DNA of 41,040 bases. Origin: Escherichia phage HeidiAbel_Bas97. Where the stretch lies: the sequence record PQ850606.1, one strand, 5' to 3'. A program made the position numbers and the translations under genes. This document shows positions 34,379 to 41,040 of this stretch, piece by piece. How positions within the stretch are numbered: the first letter of the stretch is position 1; the number at the start of each line of letters is the position of its first letter. Below the pieces are notes generated by a model. The model had not been told where the DNA came from and did not search any database. It saw only the letters and a program-made list of their open reading frames with translations.

Positions 34379-36688
34379 ATGAGTGCACAACAAAACTATA
34401 AGGATTTGACCGAACAGGAAATTGCAGAAGCACTTTCCTACATTGACGCCGGTTGCGACCGTGAAGCATGGGTGCGCATGGCGATGGCGGTCAAATCAGA
34501 ATTAGGCGACGGCGGTTTCACCGTCTGGAATGACTGGTCACGCCAGTCTGACAAGTACAACAGCAAAGACGCGCGCGACACCTGGAAATCAGTGAAGCGT
34601 CACGGCGGCATTGGCATTGGCACCCTGATTGGTGAGGCGCAGCAGTTCGGCTTTTCCCTGAACGATGAAGAACGCACCCCGCTGTCAGCGGAAGAAATCG
34701 AAGCACGCAAGCGCAAGCGCGAAGCCGAAGAAAAGGCAGAGCAGCAGCGCCGTGCCGAACGTATGGCGCAGGCAGCCGAACAGGCGCGCAACATATGGGA
34801 ATCAGCCACCGAACTGGAAGGCGATGAACACCCCTATTTGCAGCGCAAGAAGGTGCAGGCGTTTGGCCTTCGCGTTGGGCGGTTCTGGACAGAAAACCGC
34901 AGCATTGATGGCGCGCTGCTGGTTCCTGTGCGTAACATTGACGGGCAGATCACCAGTTTGCAGGCCATCTTCCCGAACGAAAACCCACAGCTAGGGCGTG
35001 ACCGTGATTATTTGCCTGGCGGCCAGAAGCGTGGATGCTTCCACGTCATCGGCGGCAAGCCGACTGGCGCAAACCCGGTCATTGTCATCTGTGAAGGCTA
35101 TTCAACCGGCGCGTCAATCCACCAGGCAACAGGCTACTGCGTTGTAGTGGCGTTTGATGCCGGTAACGTGCCGACCGTGGCCAAGCTGATGCGCCAGCAG
35201 TTCGGACGCGCAACAATTGTTGTGGCAGCCGATAACGACCAGTGGCACGAAGATGGCAAGCAAAATGATGGCGTTCACTACGCGCGCCAGGCCGCAACCA
35301 CTTGCGGCGGCCTGCTGGTGGTTCCGAAGTTCGCCGCACTGAGCGACAAGCCGACCGACTTCAACGACCTGCACAACCTGCAAGGGCTGGCAGAAGTTAA
35401 GCGCCAGATTAACGCCGCGATACCTGAACCGGCAAATGACAACTTTCTGCCGCTGGATGCCACGGTCAACCCGTTCATGTACCCGCACATGAGCCACCAG
35501 CAAAAGCCATTAAGCACCTGGGAAAACCTGGAATGGCTGCTGGACCAGTACGGCATCACGGCGCGTTATAACGAAATCAGCAAAGATGTGGTGGTGACCA
35601 TTCCAGGGCGTGACTATGGCGTTGACGCTTCGGCCAACTGTTCCCTGGCGGAAGTTTCCAGCCTGTGTGCCCGCAACGGTATGCCAAAAGGTGACGTGGG
35701 CGATTACATCAAGCTGATTGGCGTGGCCAACCGTTACAACCCGGCTGCTGAATTCATCACGTCACGGCCCTGGGATGGCGTCAGCCGCATTTATGACCTG
35801 GTTGACACCCTGGCCACACCTGCAGGCTTTGACCGTGGCCTGGTGCTGATGATGGTGCGCCGCTGGCTGATTTCTGCCGTGGCTGCCGTTATGAAGCCAA
35901 CCGGGTTCTGGTCCAAAGGCGTGCTGGTGTTACAGGGTGACCAGTCATTGGGGAAAACGTCCTGGTTCAAAGCACTGCTGCCGCCGACCATGCGCGACCT
36001 GGTGAAAGATGGCGCGACCATCGACCCTAGCAACAAAGACAGCGTGACCACCGCGATTGGCCACTGGATGGTTGAACTAGGCGAGCTTGACGCGACATTC
36101 CGCAAATCTGACATTGCCAGGCTGAAATCCTTCATCAGTTCTGACGTTGATATGCTGCGCCGCCCTTATGACCGGCTTGAATCGAAGTACCAGCGCCGCA
36201 CGGTGTTTTTTGCGTCAGTGAACCCCAAACACTTCCTGGCGGATGACACCGGGAACGTTCGCTGGTGGACCATTCCGGTGACCGGTGTGAACTATGCCCA
36301 CGACATCGACACGCAACAGCTATGGGCCGAAGTGGCGCAACTGTACCGTGACGGCGAACGCTGGTGGCTGGACCGTGACGAAGAAGCCATGCTGGAAGGC
36401 GTCAACAAGGAACACGAATCCATTGACCCGGTAGAGGAAATGATACTGGCGCGCTTTGAGTGGGGCAGCGAACGCATCAGCGCCTACCGAGAACATACCG
36501 CCAGCCAGGTGTTGCAGGAAATTGGCTTTGATAAGCCGAACAAGTCACAGGCCACGCATTGCAGCAACGTGCTGCGCAAGCTGACCGGGCAGGAACCGCG
36601 CAAGACGAAAAACGGGCGGTTCTTCAACCTGCCGCCAAAGGTGTTGCAGCCAGACTACCGGCGACCAGATGACGACAAGCCATTTTGA
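34379..36688 (+). CDS. DNA primase/helicase (P4 alpha-like: PriCT-2, TOPRIM, P-loop NTPase)
   Basis: N-terminal PriCT-2-like region, TOPRIM-like core (VIVICEGYSTGASI...VVAADNDQ) and P-loop GDQSLGKTS in a VirE/D5-like C-terminal half. Confidence 0.85.
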   Translation: MSAQQNYKDLTEQEIAEALSYIDAGCDREAWVRMAMAVKSELGDGGFTVWNDWSRQSDKYNSKDARDTWKSVKRHGGIGIGTLIGEAQQFGFSLNDEERTPLSAEEIEARKRKREAEEKAEQQRRAERMAQAAEQARNIWESATELEGDEHPYLQRKKVQAFGLRVGRFWTENRSIDGALLVPVRNIDGQITSLQAIFPNENPQLGRDRDYLPGGQKRGCFHVIGGKPTGANPVIVICEGYSTGASIHQATGYCVVVAFDAGNVPTVAKLMRQQFGRATIVVAADNDQWHEDGKQNDGVHYARQAATTCGGLLVVPKFAALSDKPTDFNDLHNLQGLAEVKRQINAAIPEPANDNFLPLDATVNPFMYPHMSHQQKPLSTWENLEWLLDQYGITARYNEISKDVVVTIPGRDYGVDASANCSLAEVSSLCARNGMPKGDVGDYIKLIGVANRYNPAAEFITSRPWDGVSRIYDLVDTLATPAGFDRGLVLMMVRRWLISAVAAVMKPTGFWSKGVLVLQGDQSLGKTSWFKALLPPTMRDLVKDGATIDPSNKDSVTTAIGHWMVELGELDATFRKSDIARLKSFISSDVDMLRRPYDRLESKYQRRTVFFASVNPKHFLADDTGNVRWWTIPVTGVNYAHDIDTQQLWAEVAQLYRDGERWWLDRDEEAMLEGVNKEHESIDPVEEMILARFEWGSERISAYREHTASQVLQEIGFDKPNKSQATHCSNVLRKLTGQEPRKTKNGRFFNLPPKVLQPDYRRPDDDKPF

Positions 36689-36694
36689 TTAATA

Positions 36695-36720
36695 ACCCGC
36701 TTCGGCGGGTTTTGTTTTTA
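36695..36720 (+). terminator. Rho-independent terminator after the primase
   Basis: ACCCGC-TTCG-GCGGGT then TTTTGTTTTTATT. Confidence 0.6.
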
Positions 36721-36979
36721 TTGATAGGTAGAAACGATTATGTATTTACCAAAGTAAAGGTGTAGTATTTATCACATAGGGCGGCGGCAGGATGCAGCCG
36801 GAGAGGAGCAACGCAGGGGCTTGATCGTAGTGTCAGGATTCCCAACCGTGAGGCCAGAACGCACACACTACCGGAAACGGAGAACGCTAGTGCGGTTACT
36901 GAACCGAGGCTACCGACGAAGCACGACGCCCGCCAATTAACCAACCTACCCCACCAGCGTGGGGCCACTGGTGAACACC

Positions 36980-37057
36980 ATGAACAACATCATTTTCATC
37001 TACGCCATCGGCGCACTGCTGGTGGCATATGCACTGATTGAATCGGGGGTTTTATGA
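36980..37057 (+). CDS. Putative leader / small hydrophobic peptide (25 aa)
   Basis: MNNIIFIYAIGALLVAYALIESGVL; stop overlaps the next ATG (ATGA). Confidence 0.25.
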   Translation: MNNIIFIYAIGALLVAYALIESGVL

Positions 37058-38106
37058 AACAGGTAACGATTGACACCGTGCGCGAGCGCATAGCGGAACT
37101 GGAAATGGTCAACAGTCACGGCGAACTGTCATTGCGCGGCGAATTCGAACTGGCGTGTTTGCGGATGCTGGCCGATTCAATGGGCGGCGTTGACGATGAC
37201 GTGCGCAACGTGGTGGTCCTGCTGGAAAACAACGAATGGGCAGAGCATTGCACCAACACGGTTTTAGGTTCACGCCTGGAAAGCGAAATAACCCGCCTGG
37301 TTGGCCACGTGCAGCCAGCGCCGGTAGCAAGCGATGCGGAACCATCATTTGACGCCATGATGCGCGCGCTTGATGCGTTCTATGCTGATGACGATGTGCC
37401 GGAACTTGCCATGCTGGCGGCGTTCAGAATCCTGCTGGCTGATGTGCGTAACCAGCCAGCGCCGGTTGTGATCGATGACGTTATGGAAGAAATCAACAGG
37501 TGGGCTACTGACCGCAGTTTGGTTGGTCGTAATAACTACACGCAGCAGCAAAACGCACTTATTGATGTTTACATTGGCCTGACTGAGCCGCAAGTGCCCG
37601 TGGCTGTGCCTGACGAAGTCACCAGCGAGCAGGCTTATCAAATTGGTGACTACTATGGCGACCCAATAGATGTATTCGCACGTGGGGCAAACTGGATGCG
37701 ATCAAAGATTATCGGCAACATGCTCCTGGCTGACATGGACCGCGCAGCAACGCGCAAGGTGCAGGAACTGACAACATGCAACACAGCGCAGCAGTTTGAA
37801 GCGTTGACCACCAACGGCAAGAGTGAAGACCTGTTGAATGCGGAACGGATAGCCAGGGAAGCAAAGGCGTTGTCTGACCGGCTGAACGACACCAGCGCGG
37901 TTCATCCTCGCGTCAGTGGTTGGTCAAAGCGTCAGCAGAAAGTGATTTCATATTCACTGTGGCGTTTCATGCACTCCGCTTATGAAATGGCAAAAGATGC
38001 AGCGCAGAAAGGCACAAAGGAAGATTTTGACAGGTTCATGCAGGATGCAAAATGCGCGGAGGAAATCAGGGAGGAATTCACCAGCGCGGGAAGCGGCAAG
38101 CCATGA
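37054..38106 (+). CDS. Hypothetical acidic protein
   Basis: 350-aa ORF with no recognisable motif. Confidence 0.55.
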   Translation: MKQVTIDTVRERIAELEMVNSHGELSLRGEFELACLRMLADSMGGVDDDVRNVVVLLENNEWAEHCTNTVLGSRLESEITRLVGHVQPAPVASDAEPSFDAMMRALDAFYADDDVPELAMLAAFRILLADVRNQPAPVVIDDVMEEINRWATDRSLVGRNNYTQQQNALIDVYIGLTEPQVPVAVPDEVTSEQAYQIGDYYGDPIDVFARGANWMRSKIIGNMLLADMDRAATRKVQELTTCNTAQQFEALTTNGKSEDLLNAERIAREAKALSDRLNDTSAVHPRVSGWSKRQQKVISYSLWRFMHSAYEMAKDAAQKGTKEDFDRFMQDAKCAEEIREEFTSAGSGKP

Positions 38107-38426
38107 GCCTGGCAACCGATATTCTGTGGCGCGCTTTTGTTACGCAGGCGAAACAGAAGCAGAAGCCAAAACCAGCACCAGTGGTGGCAAAACCAAAACC
38201 GGAAGTCACTGCAATCAGCAACCGCAACCTGCACCTTGCGCGCGTCCCTGGATGTCAGCGATTGGCGTGGGGTTGGCAGGTGACGTGCGGTGATGGCAAG
38301 AAGCAACACACCCTGGGAACATTCAAAACAATGCCACGCGCACGCATCGCATGGCGACTTTGGCACCTGTGGAAGCGCAGAGGATTTGCCGACATCCCCA
38401 CCGGTCCAACCACGCTTGAACACTAA
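38103..38426 (+). CDS. Putative AP2-like DNA-binding protein
   Basis: ATGA-coupled; segment WQVTCGDGKKQHTLGTFKTMPRARIAWRLW resembles the AP2 beta-sheet DNA-binding motif. Confidence 0.4.
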   Translation: MSLATDILWRAFVTQAKQKQKPKPAPVVAKPKPEVTAISNRNLHLARVPGCQRLAWGWQVTCGDGKKQHTLGTFKTMPRARIAWRLWHLWKRRGFADIPTGPTTLEH

Positions 38427-38449
38427 CCGCCTTCGGGCGGTTTTTTATT
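38427..38449 (+). terminator. Rho-independent terminator
   Basis: CCGCC-TTCG-GGCGG then TTTTTTATT directly after the stop. Confidence 0.65.
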
Positions 38450-38451
38450 GC

Positions 38452-38773
38452 GGTGACTAAAGTTGGTCACCTTGTCACCTAGTTGGTCACCTAGTTGGTC
38501 ACCACTTAAACCCCTGATATGACTATATAAATGACTAAAGGTGACTAAGGGTGACAAGGATTTATAAAGTTTAGATTGGGGGAAATACAAGGTGATAGGT
38601 ACAGCCTATCAATAGTGCGCACAGAGGGCAGAATGACATTAATATAGGAAATTGTTGTCACCTTAGTCACCCAAACCCAAAAACGCGCATTTTGTCTTTA
38701 TAAATCAAGATGATTGACGGGTGACAAGCGGGTGACCAACTCTTTGCCACCTTGTCACCCTTTTCTGGTCACC
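38452..38773. repeat. Iteron-like array: at least 14 copies of GGTGAC/GTCACC (including TTGGTCACC x4 and TTGTCACC x3) with AT-rich spacers
   Basis: Counted directly, both orientations, between the terminator at 38427 and the Mor-like gene. Confidence 0.7.
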
Positions 38774-38832
38774 GTTCATCTTTTCGGCTACAATCCCCAC
38801 ATTGACTTTTATTTATAATTATTGGGGGTTAC

Positions 38833-39267
38833 ATGGAATTACCGCGCACTGTGCAGGAAATAGCTGACGTTATTGGCCGTGAACGTGCGCTTTTTCTTAT
38901 CGGACAACTGCCAAAACTGTGGGTGCCATCGCAGCAGTACCACAAAGTCATCCTGTATGTACCAAAGCGGATTCGACCCAATGACCCGCTGGTGCAAATC
39001 CTGGGGTGGCAGGATGCCAGTAAGATGGTGCAGCACTTCGGGGGTGAAATGCTTCACCCTGCTAACTGTGAATACATTTACCGCCATTTCATTCACCGCA
39101 GCATTAAGCGGATGCACAGCGAAGGAATGGACGCAAAAGCCATTGCGGAACTGCTGGACGTGTCAGAACGCACCGTTAAGCGCCATTGCACTGACAAACC
39201 CCACAAAGACACATCACCTGCAAATGATAACACTCCGCAACGACTACTAACGGCTATGGGGCAATGA
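38833..39267 (+). CDS. Mor/C-family transcription activator (putative late-gene activator)
   Basis: C-terminal HTH (GMDAKAIAELLDVSERTVKRH) and upstream GGEMLHP segment resemble Mu Mor; sits just before the lysis cassette where lambdoid Q sits. Confidence 0.5.
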   Translation: MELPRTVQEIADVIGRERALFLIGQLPKLWVPSQQYHKVILYVPKRIRPNDPLVQILGWQDASKMVQHFGGEMLHPANCEYIYRHFIHRSIKRMHSEGMDAKAIAELLDVSERTVKRHCTDKPHKDTSPANDNTPQRLLTAMGQ

Positions 39268-39271
39268 CCAA

Positions 39272-39592
39272 ATGGAGTTCTTCCAGAAATTTCTAGATAA
39301 CATTGGGTGGGGCATCGCTGGCATAATGGGTTCGTTGGTTTCGCTCCCTTTCCACGATGACATCAAATCGGTGAAAGCGCGCATCTGGTTTGTGTGTACC
39401 GGTGCAATTTGCGCTTACTTCCTGACAGACCTGGTTTCTTTGTACTTCAAAATAGATCGCGGGCTGGCTGGTAGTGTTGGCTTTCTCCTGGGGGCGTTTG
39501 GCGGTTCGCTGCTTGCTGCTGTCATCCGGGCAATCAAAGCAGCAGACATCTGGCAACTCCTGAAAAACCGCTTCGGTGGGGGTAATGCATAA
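39272..39592 (+). CDS. Holin
   Basis: 106 aa with two or three hydrophobic segments and a charged C-terminus; first gene of the lysis cassette. Confidence 0.65.
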   Translation: MEFFQKFLDNIGWGIAGIMGSLVSLPFHDDIKSVKARIWFVCTGAICAYFLTDLVSLYFKIDRGLAGSVGFLLGAFGGSLLAAVIRAIKAADIWQLLKNRFGGGNA

Positions 39593-39870
39593 TGCTGTTA
39601 ACGGTCATCAATTTCATTTCCGTACTGGTTATATTCTGTTGGTCAACGTGGTGCGTACTTCACCACGGCGTGCGGGATGGCATTGTGGGAAAGATTCTAT
39701 TTTCCTGCGTGGCCATTTCCGCGCTGGCCGTAATTCTTCACGAGGTTCAGGGCGAGTATTTGACTCGCTCAACGGTGACATTGCACGCCACCATTGCTGC
39801 CGTGGCTGTCAGACATTTCTTTGTGAACACCGTCTGGAAGCCTTTTTTTTCAAAATATTTTCATGAGTGA
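39592..39870 (+). CDS. Second small membrane protein of the lysis cassette (holin/antiholin-like)
   Basis: 92 aa, two hydrophobic helices, TAATG overlap with the holin gene. Confidence 0.45.
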   Translation: MLLTVINFISVLVIFCWSTWCVLHHGVRDGIVGKILFSCVAISALAVILHEVQGEYLTRSTVTLHATIAAVAVRHFFVNTVWKPFFSKYFHE

Positions 39871-39878
39871 GGATTGAT

Positions 39879-40358
39879 ATGAAAATTTCATCCAACGGGA
39901 TTGCTGTTCTCAAATACTTTGAGGATTGCCACCTTAAGGCATATCCAGACCCTGCCACCGGTGGTGCGCCGTGGACGATTGGATGGGGCCACACAGGGCC
40001 AGAAGTAAAACGCGGCCTGGTGTGGACACAAAAGCAGGCTGATGATGCGCTGGTGTCCGACCTGGCACGATTTGAAAGCGCAGTGAGTGCCGCCGTTCGT
40101 GTTCCGCTGAACCAGGGCCAGTTTGATGCGCTGGTTTCGTTCACTTACAACCTGGGTGAAGGCAATCTGAAATCCAGCACGCTGCTGAAAATGGTCAACG
40201 CTGGCAACTTTGCCGGTGCCGCTGAACAGTTCAAACGCTGGAACAAGGCGAACGGCAAGACGATGCGCGGCCTGACCCGACGCCGTGCCGCTGAACAATG
40301 CTTGTTCCTGGGCATGGGTGGTGCGTCAGCTATTGAACGCGGCGTGGCAGCAGCATGA
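39879..40358 (+). CDS. Phage lysozyme (glycoside hydrolase family 24, T4 lysozyme-like)
   Basis: GH24-like E...D...T pattern (LKYFEDCHLKAYPDPATGGAPWTIGWGHT); ATG 39879 with GAGGA RBS. Confidence 0.9.
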   Translation: MKISSNGIAVLKYFEDCHLKAYPDPATGGAPWTIGWGHTGPEVKRGLVWTQKQADDALVSDLARFESAVSAAVRVPLNQGQFDALVSFTYNLGEGNLKSSTLLKMVNAGNFAGAAEQFKRWNKANGKTMRGLTRRRAAEQCLFLGMGGASAIERGVAAA

Positions 40359-40876
40359 TGGATAAATACGCTACTCCTGTGAAACTCATTGTGGCGATAA
40401 TCATCGCCTTTGCGCTGGTAGCCTTTGGGTATGTATCAGGGTTCAGCAAATCAGATCGTGAGTGGCAGGCCAAATGGTCTGCCCGCGATGCTGCTGACGC
40501 ACAGGCACACCAGCAATTTACCGAACAACAACGCCGCATTGAACAAGAGCGGCAGGGGGCTATTGATGCAATTCAGGAACAAGCACAGCAGGACATTGCT
40601 ACAGCGCAGCGTAATGCTGCCATTGCTGCTGCTGAGTCTAAGCGCCTGCAAGACGGTATCGCAGACGCCATCACCAGACTACAGGCAGATAGCGGCAATC
40701 CCGGCGCTACCATCAGCAGCAAGACAAGGGCCAGCAACAGCAGCCTGCTTGCCGAGTTGTTCAGAGAGATTGACACAGCAGCGGGCATCTATGCATCAGA
40801 GGCTGACAGGGCAAGAGCCGCAGGGCTGACGTGTGAACGGGCTTACGACGCAGTGAGAGCGACATCACAACAATGA
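40355..40876 (+). CDS. Rz-like i-spanin
   Basis: N-terminal transmembrane helix then a long coiled-coil periplasmic domain; ATGA-coupled to the lysozyme gene. Confidence 0.7.
   Translation: MMDKYATPVKLIVAIIIAFALVAFGYVSGFSKSDREWQAKWSARDAADAQAHQQFTEQQRRIEQERQGAIDAIQEQAQQDIATAQRNAAIAAAESKRLQDGIADAITRLQADSGNPGATISSKTRASNSSLLAELFREIDTAAGIYASEADRARAAGLTCERAYDAVRATSQQ
40614..40829 (+). CDS. Rz1-like o-spanin (lipoprotein) embedded in the +1 frame of Rz
   Basis: MLPLLLLSLSAC lipobox (LSAC), Pro-rich mature part, entirely within the Rz gene. Confidence 0.55.
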   Translation: MLPLLLLSLSACKTVSQTPSPDYRQIAAIPALPSAARQGPATAACLPSCSERLTQQRASMHQRLTGQEPQG

Positions 40877-41040
40877 AAATATTTTCACGCACGACGCAAA
40901 TAATGCTTGACATCGACCGAAGTCGAAAAAGTCAAGGTACTTCCGGAGGGGGTACAGCCTGCGGGGGCATTGGTCCCGCGTAATTCGCGTTGTGCGTGGA
41001 TAATCAAAATCGATTTTACAATTACATTTAGGCGGATTGA

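Noticed and set aside
36738-36968. 76-aa minus-strand ORF in the GC-rich gap after the primase
   Set aside because: No RBS and an implausible composition; the region is better explained as structured noncoding sequence.
38452-38773. Possible CRISPR array
   Set aside because: Repeat units are only 6-12 bp, irregularly spaced and in both orientations; there are no unique spacers of uniform length and no cas genes. Iterons or operators fit better.
1-41040. Insertion sequences, transposases, reverse transcriptase (retron or DGR), restriction-modification genes
   Set aside because: No ORF in the six-frame track shows transposase (DDE), reverse transcriptase (YxDD) or methyltransferase motifs on inspection.

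Overview
The window reads as one complete, circularly permuted temperate phage or prophage genome of about 41 kb, with a contractile tail and a mosaic gene set. All calls are made by eye from the supplied ORF translations and the DNA; no database search was run. Layout: (1) 1-6661 lambda-like packaging and head genes (small and large terminase, gpW-like protein, portal, and one long ORF fusing prohead protease, scaffold and HK97-fold capsid); (2) 6713-8813 head-completion and neck genes; (3) 8810-20492 a P2-like myovirus tail module (V, W, J, I, H, G, sheath FI, tube FII, E and E+E' by -1 frameshift, tape measure, U, X, D), with an extra tail-collar-domain gene at the position of P2 Z/fun; (4) 20493-22812 a four-gene cargo operon (233-aa unknown, ParB/Srx-like protein, two small proteins) with its own promoter-like sequence and terminator; (5) tRNA-Arg(UCU) at 22819-22895 next to a P4-type tyrosine integrase, with arm-type repeats; (6) 24662-29682 a leftward early operon (SprT-like metallopeptidase, SSB, TraR/DksA-like protein, Xis-like HTH, Sak4-like ATPase, PD-(D/E)XK exonuclease, CI-like repressor); (7) 29852-38426 a rightward operon (SF2 helicase, VRR-NUC nuclease, small proteins, P4-alpha-like primase/helicase, unknowns); (8) 38452-38773 a dense GGTGAC/GTCACC iteron array; (9) 38833-40876 a Mor-like activator and the lysis cassette (holin, second membrane protein, GH24 lysozyme, Rz with embedded Rz1). 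The most notable signals are an exact 17-mer (GACAAACCCCAAGAAGA) found four times upstream of late operon starts, the iteron array, the cargo operon beside the attachment region, and the tRNA/arm-site region. I found no CRISPR array, transposase or reverse transcriptase.
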